Of a DNA stretch of 64,000 nt, positions 42,648-53,201 are shown piece by piece. Numbering within the stretch: the stretch's first letter is position 1; each line of letters starts with the position of its first letter. Origin of the DNA: Coleofasciculus chthonoplastes F2-STO-03 (GTDB taxonomy: Bacteria; Cyanobacteriota; Cyanobacteriia; Cyanobacteriales; Coleofasciculaceae); assembly GCA_040222015.1 (NCBI GenBank), contig JAVJWO010000069.1, forward strand, positions 72,746 to 136,745, given 5' to 3'. Under the pieces are notes generated by a model that saw only the letters and a list, made by a program, of their open reading frames with translations, did not search any database and had not been told where the DNA came from. Made by a program: the position numbers and the translations under genes.

Positions 42648-43244
42648 CTAATCCAACTCCCGCCGCCCTTCCAACGCCCGTGCTAATGTCACCTCATCTG
42701 CATATTCCAAATCCCCACCCATGGGTAAGCCAAAAGCAATCCGAGTCACCTTCGTAAACGGTTTCAATAGTTGACCAATATACAGCGTTGTCGTCTCCCC
42801 TTCCACACTCGAACCAATCGCTAAAATCACCTCTTGAATCTTCTGCTGGCTAACGCGGCGCACCAGTTGTTCAATGTGCAATTGTTCGGGTCCAATTCCA
42901 TCCATGGGAGAAATCACACCACCGAGAACATGATAATTTCCCCGATACTCCCGTGTTTTCTCCAACGCAATCACATCACGGGAATCCGCCACCACACAAA
43001 GCGTTGTTTTATCCCGATTCGGGTTACGACAGATATCACAAACCGATTCAGCCGACAGGTGAAAGCAAACCTGACACAAGCCAATCTGCTTTTTCGCCTC
43101 AATTAACGCCTGCGCCAGGGCTTTGACTTCATCCTCTGAGCGTTTAATAATATGTAATGCCAATCGTTGAGCGGTTTTGGGACCCACTCCAGGTAAGCGT
43201 TGTAGTTGCTCGATCAGTCGAGCGAGGGGACGTGTGTAAACCGT
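42648..43244 (-). CDS. recR: Recombination mediator RecR (non-canonical start)
   Basis: [28 protein letters not shown]4 zinc finger, YHVLGG.ISP, VEGETT, YADEVTL. Confidence 0.95.
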   Translation of the reverse strand, partial: TVYTRPLARLIEQLQRLPGVGPKTAQRLALHIIKRSEDEVKALAQALIEAKKQIGLCQVCFHLSAESVCDICRNPNRDKTTLCVVADSRDVIALEKTREYRGNYHVLGGVISPMDGIGPEQLHIEQLVRRVSQQKIQEVILAIGSSVEGETTTLYIGQLLKPFTKVTRIAFGLPMGGDLEYADEVTLARALEGRRELD

Positions 43245-43378
43245 GGTTTTTCTCCCAGTCTATGCGTTTACCTTACCTAGGGTACACCAAGGCTAAGGTG
43301 ACTTGATCAAGTCTGACGTTTCACGGCATCTGGCTGAATGAAAGTGAGGAAGGTGGGGAACAGTAATGGTTTGAAATT

Positions 43379-43984
43379 TTACACGGATGACGATTTAATG
43401 GCTTGGCGAAACGCTTTTGCTGCTTCCAACCGAGACGTTTGAGCCATCAACACACAACGGGTGAGCAGATCAATACTTAGCGTTGCCAGTTCGGCAATTT
43501 CACTGCGGGTAATTTTTTCGTACTGATTATTCCGTAGGCGATAGAGGCTAAATAAACCGTCTTGCCAAAACCAGACTTCTGGCACTCCTAATGCCTGATA
43601 TCGCTTCAGTTTGTTTGTATCACCACTGGTGACTACAACTTCAATAACGAGATCAGGAATGGGTTTGGATGAACCAAAACAGTAAGATTCATCGGCTTGA
43701 GCAGAAACGACTCCCTCTTGCTCTTGAGTCATTGCACCCGTGGGTTCAAATTCAATAGCATTGTCTAGGCAAAATAAGCCAATTAAAAAGCCAATAATTC
43801 GACTAAACATTTCATGTTCGCGTCCCGGCATAATAATTTCAATTGTGCTGTTATAGTAAGCCAGTCGAATACCCGAAGAGTGGGCAAAACCAGCCTGAAT
43901 TAACTTAAATTGTTCCCAGGTAATGCTGGAATAGACAATACGTTGATCAGTGGAAGGTGGAGTAAGAAGGGGAGCTTGGGTCAT
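43379..43984 (-). CDS. Uma2 family protein
   Basis: ADESYCF, PDLVIEV, GVPEVWFW. Confidence 0.9.
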   Translation of the reverse strand: MTQAPLLTPPSTDQRIVYSSITWEQFKLIQAGFAHSSGIRLAYYNSTIEIIMPGREHEMFSRIIGFLIGLFCLDNAIEFEPTGAMTQEQEGVVSAQADESYCFGSSKPIPDLVIEVVVTSGDTNKLKRYQALGVPEVWFWQDGLFSLYRLRNNQYEKITRSEIAELATLSIDLLTRCVLMAQTSRLEAAKAFRQAIKSSSV

Positions 43985-44232
43985 AGACGTACCATCACCG
44001 GGCGCGGCATTGCATTATTTATGATAACGAAGGAAGGGTATAGAGTGAAATGGAAAACCTGCGATCGCACTACTGGACTGACACAGCTAAAATTGTGGGA
44101 TAGATTTTGCGGTGAATTGGGAGAGTCGGGTTGGGAAATTTGCGGTTAAATAAATACAGTCCCCAGCGAATCAGCAAATTTGACTCAATTCGCGGCAAAG
44201 TAAGTTAACCTCTGTAACAAGAGCGATCGCGC

Positions 44233-45519
44233 ATGATGGAACCGTCTCTCACTCAATTCGGTACTCAGATGTCCAACCTGACGGGCGTCCGGGCTATTAT
44301 GAAGGATATTATTGAAACGTTACGCGCAGCTCAGGGACAGGAGTTTATTAACCTCAGTGCCGGAAATCCGGTAATATTGCCAGAGGTGGAACAACTGTGG
44401 CGAGACTGTACCGCCCAACTCTTGGCAAGTCCCGAATACGGAGAGGTGGTTTGCCGTTATGGGTCATCTCAAGGATACCAGCCCTTGATTGACGCGATCG
44501 CACGGGATTTTAATCAGCGTTATGGCTTGAGACTGACTGAACGGAATATCTTAATTACTCCCGGTTCTCAATCCATTTACTTCTACGGCGCAAATGCCTT
44601 TGGCGGCTATACCCAAGCCGGGGAATTAAAACAAATTGTTCTCCCCCTGAGTCCCGATTATACCGGGTACGGTGGCGTCAGCTTAACCCCAGAAGCACTA
44701 ATCGCCTACAAACCCAGCCTAGAGATTGACGAAGCGGCGCATCGCTATAAATATCGTCCCGACTTCAGCCAATTGAAAATTACCCAAGATACAGGATGTG
44801 TCATATTTTCTCGTCCCTGTAATCCCACAGGTAACGTTCTCAGTGATAACGAGGTGCGAAAAATTGCCGAACTCGCCGCACCTAATAATGTACCAGTATT
44901 CATTGACTCCGCTTATGCACCCCCATTTCCGGCATTAAATTTCACCGAAATGACGCCAATTTTTGGTGATAATATAGTCCATTGCCTGAGTTTATCCAAA
45001 GCCGGACTACCCGGAGAACGGATTGGCGTCGCTATTGGTGATCCGGATATGATTGGTATCTTAGAATCCTTCCAGACGAATCTGTGCATCCATTCCTCCC
45101 GCTACGGACAAGCCATTGCAGCACGGGCGATTGATTCTGGCGCATTAGCTGAGATTTCTGTTAATGTAATTCGTCCCTATTATCAGCACAAGTTTACCGT
45201 ATTAGAAACAGCGCTGAATCAATTTATGCCCCAAGATTTACCGTGGTTTTTACATCGGGGTGAAGGCGCTATTTTTGCCTGGTTGTGGTTCAAGGATTTA
45301 CCGATAACCGATTGGGACTTGTATCAACAGTTAAAGCAGGTGGGAGTAATCGTGGTTCCCGGAAACACCTTCTTCCCCGGATTACGGGACACCTGGGAAC
45401 ACCAGCATCAGTGTATTCGGATTAGTTTAACCGCCAGCGATCGCGAATTAGAAACCGCCATGCAACGGTTAGTTAAAGTGACACAACAGGTGTATCAGCA
45501 AGCCGTGGTGGAGGTTTAA
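44233..45519 (+). CDS. avtA: Valine-pyruvate transaminase
   Basis: LSAGNP, SRPCNPTG, DSAY, SLSKAGLPGERIG. Confidence 0.92.
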   Translation: MMEPSLTQFGTQMSNLTGVRAIMKDIIETLRAAQGQEFINLSAGNPVILPEVEQLWRDCTAQLLASPEYGEVVCRYGSSQGYQPLIDAIARDFNQRYGLRLTERNILITPGSQSIYFYGANAFGGYTQAGELKQIVLPLSPDYTGYGGVSLTPEALIAYKPSLEIDEAAHRYKYRPDFSQLKITQDTGCVIFSRPCNPTGNVLSDNEVRKIAELAAPNNVPVFIDSAYAPPFPALNFTEMTPIFGDNIVHCLSLSKAGLPGERIGVAIGDPDMIGILESFQTNLCIHSSRYGQAIAARAIDSGALAEISVNVIRPYYQHKFTVLETALNQFMPQDLPWFLHRGEGAIFAWLWFKDLPITDWDLYQQLKQVGVIVVPGNTFFPGLRDTWEHQHQCIRISLTASDRELETAMQRLVKVTQQVYQQAVVEV

Positions 45520-45664
45520 TGGTGAGGAAAGTAGGGGCGGGTTTAGGATATATCGTTTCGCCATTGATGATAACATAATGTACCGATACCCAATATCCTC
45601 GACTTCTTAGAGAAGTCGGGGATCTGACTGGAAACCGCTATAATACTAAGCAACCGTTAATACT

Positions 45665-46969
45665 ATGAAACTAGGTAAACGTCGCATCGGTTTAGAACAA
45701 GAATTTTTCCTCGTAGACGAAAGGGGAAAATTTTCCAATCATGCCGATGAATTCTTACAAAATTGTCGCCAAGAAGCCGAAGCTATTGGCTTAAATACCG
45801 ATTACTTTATGCCGGAATGGGTGAAGGGAATGATCGAAATTAATACCCCTCCCGCTTATACGCCCACAGAATTAGCCAAAGCCTATCTTAAAAATTTACA
45901 ACTGGCATTACAGGTGGGGCAAAAGATGCATTTGCGGCTTTATCCCCTATCCAGCTATCCCTTACATTTAATTCCCGTCATTCGAGATAAATTGAACTAT
46001 CATGTCCAGGTTCGCACTGTTGGCTATGACCGATTTTTGAATGCGGGTAAATGTACGGGTACTCATATCCATTTAGAAGTACCGCCAGGAGTAATTGATT
46101 CCCGCGTCGGCGTTTCTTACAACAGCAGCGCCGCTGAACACGAAGAACTCATTAATATTTATAATTTAGCAACAGCATTAGATGCCGCCCTCATCGCCTT
46201 GGGACGCGCCTGTCCCTTTTATGAAGGAGAAGCCACGGGACTTGCCTATCATATTGTCCGTTATCGGGGGAGTGACCGATTTGGCTGGGAAGGCGTTTAT
46301 ACTCAGTTACAATCTGTCGGCGGTTTAATGCCCTATGCCGATTCTGTGGAACAGTTAGTGGAGTTGCAATTTGAACGCTATTATGCATGGCTAACCGCGA
46401 TGGATAATGCTAGAGTTGAGCGAAAGTTGTTTACTGAAGGCGGCGGAAATTTACTGAAATCAGGTTGGAATCCGGTGCGACTGAATGCATTAGGAACAGT
46501 GGAATTGCGGGGAATTGATAGTAATTATCCAGACGTGATTTTCACAATTCTGAGATTAGTTTACAATGCAGCTAGGCGAGTCAGGCAGGAAGGAATAACA
46601 GTTAGACCTGCTCAAGGCGTTCATACCTTTGAGTTACGGGGTAATTGGCTAGTTGTGCCAGAGTTTGACTATCTCAATGGTGAATTATTATTTGCCGCTG
46701 TGACGGAAGGGGTGAAGAGTTCTAAGGTTACGGCTTATCTGGATTCTATTTTAGAGTTTGCCATTCAAGATGGTAGTGAGGAAATTAATTACCTGGAAAA
46801 GTTGAAATCAGATTGGGGTGAATATCAAACGACAGAGGCGGAAATTTTACAAGAGTTTGTTCCCGCAGGCGCTCATCTGAAGAAGGAAGAAGGGTTGCGG
46901 TTAGTCCGTGAAGCGTGCGATGAGTTAGAAGCCCAGGTATCATCGTTTTCACAAAAGTATTCTTTTTAG
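45665..46969 (+). CDS. Glutamate-cysteine ligase family 2 (GCS2)-like carboxylate-amine ligase
   Basis: IGLEQEF, IEINT, GTHIHL, VELRGID. Confidence 0.75.
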   Translation: MKLGKRRIGLEQEFFLVDERGKFSNHADEFLQNCRQEAEAIGLNTDYFMPEWVKGMIEINTPPAYTPTELAKAYLKNLQLALQVGQKMHLRLYPLSSYPLHLIPVIRDKLNYHVQVRTVGYDRFLNAGKCTGTHIHLEVPPGVIDSRVGVSYNSSAAEHEELINIYNLATALDAALIALGRACPFYEGEATGLAYHIVRYRGSDRFGWEGVYTQLQSVGGLMPYADSVEQLVELQFERYYAWLTAMDNARVERKLFTEGGGNLLKSGWNPVRLNALGTVELRGIDSNYPDVIFTILRLVYNAARRVRQEGITVRPAQGVHTFELRGNWLVVPEFDYLNGELLFAAVTEGVKSSKVTAYLDSILEFAIQDGSEEINYLEKLKSDWGEYQTTEAEILQEFVPAGAHLKKEEGLRLVREACDELEAQVSSFSQKYSF

Positions 46970-47347
46970 GTTACATCTGTTTCAGTTTTAGAGAGGAGGC
47001 GATTGAAATCGCGGCTACACAAACATAGGCGAAGCCTTCCCGAAGGGTAGTCCGCCTGCGCGGACTAGGTTATAACGAGGGTCACGTTCCCCGGATTTGG
47101 TATTAGTCCATTTTAATGGACTTGAGCTCTAAGCCAAGAACTTGAGTTCTTGGCTTGTTTTAGCTTCAATTGAACCGTCAAATCTATTCCGCCACCCTCT
47201 TGGATATCGGCTGTACAATTCTCCCTAAAAGAAATAACGGATCAGTTTCGCGGCGTAAATTACTGATCTCAAACTGGGTGTGACACTCCTGATCTCCAAA
47301 AGTAATGATGAGAGTAGTAGATGTAGCCAAGTGTCTTGAGAATTGTC

Positions 47348-48241
47348 ATGAAAACTGCCACATTAGAACGTTCAAAGGGACGCTTAAGTTCAGCATCAAA
47401 CCCGATAAAGCGGTTAACCCAAGGAGACTTCACGCAGCGGTTTGGTCGTTTCCTCATCTGTCGGAGAATATATAGTCTTCTCCAAGCTAGGCGACAGCGC
47501 CTAAATCCCGATTTCTATAAAAAACGCCTGAAGATTGCTTCCGATTCAATGTTTGACAGTGTTTCCCTAGATAAATGTGTCCAACAACTCCGTCATGAAG
47601 GAGTAGGATTTGGTCTGCATTTATCGCCGTCAATGGTAAAAGAAATCTATCAATATGCAATTCAAACACCTTGTATTGAACCTGAGTCTGACGACGAGTT
47701 TTTCATCGAAGAGGTAATTAGAAAGGGTCGAAGGCGAGGTGAGCATCCAGTAATGCGTGTCTTGGTGCGTGATGTAATGAATTGCCAAGCCATTCAAAAA
47801 ATTACCCAAGATCCTCTGCTGTTGCAAATCGTTAAGAACTATCTGGGGTATTGGCCCAACCAAATTACCCAGCATCTGACTTGGAGTTTAGTTTCAGATC
47901 TGAGAGAACCGGAAATTAGACAGAGTTATCCACCCACTAATTTTCACTATGATATCGCTGGGTACAACTTTATGACCGCCTATTTTTATATCACCGATGT
48001 GAAGGCTGATTCTGGCGCTCATGTTATGATCAAAGGATCTCATCAGAAAAAGCCACTTTACATGACCTTTTCTGGGGGTCGCCAGTCGGACAAGGCGGTG
48101 CTTAATTATTACGGGCAAGACAATCAACTGATCATTGAAGGAGAAAGTGGATTTGGTTTTGTGCAAGACCCTTCCTGCATTCACCGAGTCATTTCTCCGG
48201 TTAAAGCAGATAGACTACTGCTGCAAATCCGGTATTCTTAG
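47348..48241 (+). CDS. 2OG-Fe(II)/PhyH-like dioxygenase
   Basis: FHYD (HxD), IKGSH, distal HR, RLLLQ. Confidence 0.75.
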   Translation: MKTATLERSKGRLSSASNPIKRLTQGDFTQRFGRFLICRRIYSLLQARRQRLNPDFYKKRLKIASDSMFDSVSLDKCVQQLRHEGVGFGLHLSPSMVKEIYQYAIQTPCIEPESDDEFFIEEVIRKGRRRGEHPVMRVLVRDVMNCQAIQKITQDPLLLQIVKNYLGYWPNQITQHLTWSLVSDLREPEIRQSYPPTNFHYDIAGYNFMTAYFYITDVKADSGAHVMIKGSHQKKPLYMTFSGGRQSDKAVLNYYGQDNQLIIEGESGFGFVQDPSCIHRVISPVKADRLLLQIRYS

Positions 48242-48244
48242 ACC

Positions 48245-48442
48245 GTAGTGGACTGACACAGTTAAAATGCTGGAATAGGTTGGGTTCGTAGTAGGGGCTT
48301 TAGCCCTCTCCAGCTAGGCGGAGAGAGAACTAAAGTTCTCACTACAAACAACGTCCTATTTTAGTTGGGTCACGGCAGTAGTGGACTGACACAGTTAAAA
48401 TTGTGGTATAGTTGGGTTCGTAATAGGGGCTTTAGCCCCTAA
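48245..48442. mobile_element. MITE-like element (gtagtggactgacacagttaaaat end) plus a partial tandem copy
   Basis: The 24-nt end is repeated at 48245 and about 48378; related ends near 44070 and 16430. Confidence 0.55.
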
Positions 48443-48484
48443 TTGCATGGGTTTTCAAAAACAATGTATTTGGATTACAGAATC

Positions 48485-48835
48485 TCATTCCTCTAAAGCG
48501 TCTGGATCAGTCAAAGCAGCTTGCCACCAACTTAGTAAAGGATGGTTTTTACGTGGTAAATACCGTCCCTTGACCCGAATTGCCCTGAGTGCATCTCGTA
48601 ATATTGAAGCATCAAGAGCGACTTTCTCTGACCAATGCTTGATTATCTCTGGAGTTGATATAATTTGAAGCTGGGAGATCTCCCGTTGAATAAACGAGAT
48701 TGCCTTCTTATCGTCAGTTGCTATTGCCCATCCTCGGTGAGACGCGATCGCACAGCAGGCAGATTCTCCATCATCGCCTAGTTCAAAAACATAGTTGACA
48801 AATGATGTCTCTTCTGATTCTGATTTAAAGTCCAC
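48485..48835 (-). pseudogene. PIN-domain protein, 5' half missing
   Basis: LGDDGESAC.A.A and ATDDKKA present; no N-terminal PIN Asp strand and no credible start. Confidence 0.7.
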
Positions 48836-50012
48836 TGGAATACTCTCGCAACACTTCGGCAATGCGACGGGCTTCGAGGCGATCAACATGAAGAAAATCA
48901 GCGAAGCGCCCTTCAGTAATCAACCCCTGATCAAATGCTTCAATGGCAAGATGTTGGTAATGGACTGGCATCCTATCAGTACGTTGGGGGATTTCTTTTA
49001 GCCCTGAGCGAAGCCGAAGGGCTAAGCCAAGTTCCTCCTGTACTTTTCTAACTTTTAATCCGCGATCGCTCAATCGATCCCATGTTCCAGATGGCAGAAG
49101 TTCCATTTCCTCTAACCGATAAATAAGTGCTTGTACGGATACGCCATAGTAATGAGCCAACGTAAATAAATTGGTGGGAGTGAAAGTGAACTTACCATTG
49201 GCGCGGTACATATCGTTAAATCGTTTAAGTAAACCACTCGTCGGCATCAGGAAATACTTGGGGAAGGCTTCAGCGAGTCGTTCACTTTCTGGCATTCTCT
49301 TGTACTGTCCCTCAAAATCAAGTACAGGCTTGCGTCGATGAGCAAGAAAATGAAGATATCCGTGAGCTAATGACCAACGTCGCCGTTCTTCGGGGTGATG
49401 AGCATTAATTGCCATGCAGCCACCCCGTTGCTCGTCGTAACTATAGATTTCTGAGTATTTTGGTGGCATCTTTAAGTAAAAGATACGGAGTCCTACACTC
49501 TGCTCTAAGATGTCTCGAAGCAGAGGAATCGGACCATCTCCAAGACCGAGGCGTTGACGTTCTTCAACAGCAATACTCTCCGCCGCCCGTTCTATGGGCA
49601 TACCACTCAGATGGTACTCGCGAGGATAGTTTCGCGGGAGTGGTGCATCCATAATTTCTTCAAGTTCCAGGTAATTCTGGCACAACTCCTCTAGGAGTCG
49701 AATGACAGGTTCAATCTGCAACTCTTCTACTTGATTGCGTCGGTAGGCGGCTCGGAATTGAACCTCGAACGGTTGCGCCACGGGAGGTTGTCGCACAAAG
49801 TCGCTGACGGCTCGTCCGTAAGCACGGGCAAGTTTGATCAATTCATTGGGCTTAAGACGGCGCTCTCCTTTCTCAATCGCAACCATCGTTGTACGCGCTG
49901 CATCGATGACTTTAGCCGCATCCGCTTGGGTCATGCCACACTGATTACGCGCTTGTTGAAGGAGTTCCCCCAATCTCTGGGTATCAATTTTGTCAAGGAT
50001 GTTGTTCGTCAT
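48825..50012 (-). CDS. XRE-HTH fused to ImmA/IrrE metallopeptidase-like domain
   Basis: LQQAR...MTQ.DAA...IEKGER; RRRWSLAHGYLH; ERLAEAF. Confidence 0.88.
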   Translation of the reverse strand: MTNNILDKIDTQRLGELLQQARNQCGMTQADAAKVIDAARTTMVAIEKGERRLKPNELIKLARAYGRAVSDFVRQPPVAQPFEVQFRAAYRRNQVEELQIEPVIRLLEELCQNYLELEEIMDAPLPRNYPREYHLSGMPIERAAESIAVEERQRLGLGDGPIPLLRDILEQSVGLRIFYLKMPPKYSEIYSYDEQRGGCMAINAHHPEERRRWSLAHGYLHFLAHRRKPVLDFEGQYKRMPESERLAEAFPKYFLMPTSGLLKRFNDMYRANGKFTFTPTNLFTLAHYYGVSVQALIYRLEEMELLPSGTWDRLSDRGLKVRKVQEELGLALRLRSGLKEIPQRTDRMPVHYQHLAIEAFDQGLITEGRFADFLHVDRLEARRIAEVLREYSSGL

Positions 50013-50247
50013 GGCAAGAGTCCCTCAACGGTGTGGAGTGACAGATTTGATGAAGTTAGAACATTAATATAACAATGTCAATCATTAAGTTGCATTTTGG
50101 GTTTATAATGTCAGGTTTTGGCGGTGGCAATTAACGGCGGATCAACCCAGGAGTGCGATCGCTCTTTCAAGGCATTCACAATATAATGATTTGCAGCAAG
50201 ACCCTTACTTGAGTCGGAGAAAGTAGCAGAGATATGAGTGAGCAATA

Positions 50248-50703
50248 ATGCCAGAAGACGAGTCTATCTCCGATCCATTTTGGGAAAATCTTCTCGAAGG
50301 ATATACTGAAGCAGTCTTAAATGAAAGAGAAGCAACTAAAACTCATATTGTGCATTTGCTAGATGAGATAAAATTAGCCTATCAGAATACTCAAAGAGAG
50401 CGAAAAGAAATTGTGGATAATTTTCGTCCATCTAATGAAGAGTTTTCTCTGTTAGAGGAAATTGAACTGTTAACGGTCACTCTCCGGGGCTATGCCAATC
50501 AAATTCAGGCGCAAGGGTGGATTATAAATGAAACCCAGGTAATTGAGCAATTACGAGAAATACGAGTTTTTAGAATACCTGTTATCGTCCAGTTTTACTT
50601 TGGCAGTAATGGCAAGTATGAGCAAATGAAGGGTTATATTAGAATGTTGGATTACTTGCGTTTACTGATTCTGGAATATTTGCAGTATGAACAATTAAAT
50701 TAA
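50248..50703 (+). CDS. Hypothetical protein
   Basis: 151-aa ORF, predicted helical, no recognised motif. Confidence 0.65.
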   Translation: MPEDESISDPFWENLLEGYTEAVLNEREATKTHIVHLLDEIKLAYQNTQRERKEIVDNFRPSNEEFSLLEEIELLTVTLRGYANQIQAQGWIINETQVIEQLREIRVFRIPVIVQFYFGSNGKYEQMKGYIRMLDYLRLLILEYLQYEQLN

Positions 50704-50889
50704 AAATCCGGCAAAGATTATCAATATTGATCCTATTCTATGCACCTATGTTCAGGACGGGTTTATTCAATTGAGGTCTTTTAAATTGCTCCCCTCTCCT
50801 TGCAGGAGAGGGGTTGGGGGAGAGGTCATCTTTAGCTGTTTGTAGTAAACGATGCGAACACTTGAGGCGAAGACAGCGCAACTACGAGC

Positions 50890-51756
50890 CTACAAACCTA
50901 ATTTCTGCTGTAAGGATTCTCGCATGATCTTAACGGGTGGTGTTTGTCCTAACCAAATCTGTAACGCGGCTGCACCTTGTTGGACTAACATTTCTAAGCC
51001 GTCAATGGGAATCGCGCCTTGTTGTTTGGCTTGTTGTAGAAATTTTGTGGGATTGGGGGTGTAAATTAAATCATAAGCGATCGCACCTTTGGGTAATCTC
51101 TGTATTATTTCTTCATCGATAGGAGATTGATCGATATGAGGAGACATCCCCACAGGCGTTGTATTCACCAGTAAATCGGCTTGTTGTAGTAATTGTGGCA
51201 TTTCCTCCCAGGGATAAGCCTGGAGAATTGGAGATAAGGGAGTATTTGCCCAACTTTGCTGAAACTGACTTAGTTTATCGGGATTACGACCCACAACCCA
51301 AATCTCAGGACAACCCAACTGCATACACCCGACGACAACAGCGCGTGCTGCACCACCATAGCCTAATACTACCGCCTTGGTGTGATGCCAATCTCGCTGA
51401 TATTGGTTCAAGGGGGCGATGAACCCTAAGACATCGGTATTTGTTCCACTCCAGCCTTTATCAGTACGCCAAACCGTGTTCACCGCACCCACCAGTTGAG
51501 CGATATCGGATACCTCGGCTAAGAGAGGGATAATGGCTTGCTTATGGGGAATCGTGATATTAAAGCCTTGCAACCCTATCGCCGCAAACCCCGCCACGGC
51601 GACATCTAAATCCTCTAGTTTGACGGGGAGAGGGAGATAGACATAATCCACACCCAACTGTGCGATCGCGCGATTGTGCATAATTGGTGATAGAGAATGC
51701 TCCACCGGATGACCAATTACGCCTAAGAGTTTGGTTGTCCCTGTAATCTGTTGCAT
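50890..51756 (-). CDS. aroE: Shikimate dehydrogenase
   Basis: HSLSP, NITIPHK, GAVNT, NTD..GF, GGAARA, DGLEMLVQQG. Confidence 0.97.
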   Translation of the reverse strand: MQQITGTTKLLGVIGHPVEHSLSPIMHNRAIAQLGVDYVYLPLPVKLEDLDVAVAGFAAIGLQGFNITIPHKQAIIPLLAEVSDIAQLVGAVNTVWRTDKGWSGTNTDVLGFIAPLNQYQRDWHHTKAVVLGYGGAARAVVVGCMQLGCPEIWVVGRNPDKLSQFQQSWANTPLSPILQAYPWEEMPQLLQQADLLVNTTPVGMSPHIDQSPIDEEIIQRLPKGAIAYDLIYTPNPTKFLQQAKQQGAIPIDGLEMLVQQGAAALQIWLGQTPPVKIMRESLQQKLGL

Positions 51757-51932
51757 TGTGCTATTTTAGCAGGACAGGGGATGAGGTTAATCACCAATCA
51801 ATCCTCTTTTCCGACGATTGAATTAGCTGGGGTAGTCCCACCAAACCGAAATAATACCACCAATGATACTATTATTTCAGATTAATCTGTTCCCAGTTAC
51901 CAATGAATCGTTCAATTCAATAATTTTCTGAT

Positions 51933-52333
51933 ATGCTGCGAAAATTTCTTATCCTTTTCATGTCTTTGGCATTGTGTCTAACCACTCTAGCTTGTGGTTC
52001 GCCTTCTGTCGCCCAAAGCCCAAATCAGACGGTCAATGTTACCTCAAATGCCCAGCAGTTCCCTGATGGGAAATATCCGGTTCAACAAGCCACCTACGAT
52101 GATGTTAGTGGTGAATATAGCCTGATGTTGCTAAATACACCACCCGGTACACCCCCTGTCTTGCGTAGTCCAGATTTGCGCTTAGCCCGTCTAACTGATG
52201 AGGAAATAGCGACAGGTGAAAAGACTTATTTGCAAATCGAAAATGGTCAAGCCGATATGCACTTAAGTGAAGACTTTCGGATTGAATATGTCCATAATGT
52301 TACCGAAACTCAAAGGGAAGAAGACGGCGTTAA
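51933..52333 (+). pseudogene. Cyanobacterial lipoprotein with apparent internal deletion/frameshift
   Basis: TLAC lipobox; the ORF reads into STRR/REP, while an out-of-frame GRRRR-TAA (52316-52333) sits just before the STRR. Confidence 0.55.
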
Positions 52334-52482
52334 ATTGTCATTCGTCATTCGTCATTCGTCATTCGTCTTATGTAGGGGCGGGTTTAGCCACTAACTTGGA
52401 TTGTCACCGATAACGGAACAACAAAACCCGCCCTCCCCACCAATAACGGAACAACAAAACCTGTCCTTATAACTATTCAGCT

Positions 52483-53079
52483 ATGCCCTATAGTGAATTT
52501 ACTACTATTAGTAAAGTCAAAGAAGCGTTTAATTTAACCACAGCCGAAGGGATTCACTTTTTACCAGATATTGAACCCATTCAACCGTCCCCAACCCTGA
52601 CATCCTTTTTAGAAGAAAGTTTACCCTTAGCGGCATCGGCTAGTGAAAAAGCGCGTTCGGAAGGCATTATTTACCCAGTTTTGCTGGAAGTTCGGCGCAT
52701 CCTGCAACGGCGGGTCAGCTTATTTTCCGGGGAGGATTTCACCGTTGATGAATCACTTGGACTCAATGGACGGTGTGATTTTCTCTTGAGTCGTTCCGAG
52801 GAACTTCTAGAAATTGAAGCACCAGTCTTGATTATTATCGAGGCAAAAAAAGCAGATTTGAGAACAGGATTTGGGCAATGTATTGCTGAAATGGTGGCAG
52901 CACAGCGATTTAATCAGGCAAAACAAACACCTATTTCCACGATTTATGGGGCAGTTAGTAGTGGCACTCAATGGCGATTCCTTAAGCTAGAAGAACAAAC
53001 CGTAACCATTGATTTGATTGATTATCCTCTGCCACCTGTGGAGCCAATTTTAGGGTTTTTGGTGTGGATGATGCAGTAA
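52483..53079 (+). CDS. Restriction-endonuclease-fold hypothetical protein (paralogue of 8894-9502)
   Basis: SEKARSE, GRCDFL, IEAKK, GQCIAEMVAAQ. Confidence 0.78.
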   Translation: MPYSEFTTISKVKEAFNLTTAEGIHFLPDIEPIQPSPTLTSFLEESLPLAASASEKARSEGIIYPVLLEVRRILQRRVSLFSGEDFTVDESLGLNGRCDFLLSRSEELLEIEAPVLIIIEAKKADLRTGFGQCIAEMVAAQRFNQAKQTPISTIYGAVSSGTQWRFLKLEEQTVTIDLIDYPLPPVEPILGFLVWMMQ

Positions 53080-53201
53080 GCTGGGGGAGTTCAGTTATTG
53101 GTGAGGTAGGGCGGGTTTTGTTGTTCAGTTATTAATGACAAGCAAGTTTAGTGTCTAAACCCGCCCCTACATAAGACATAATACGATATCCACCGTTAAC
53201 A

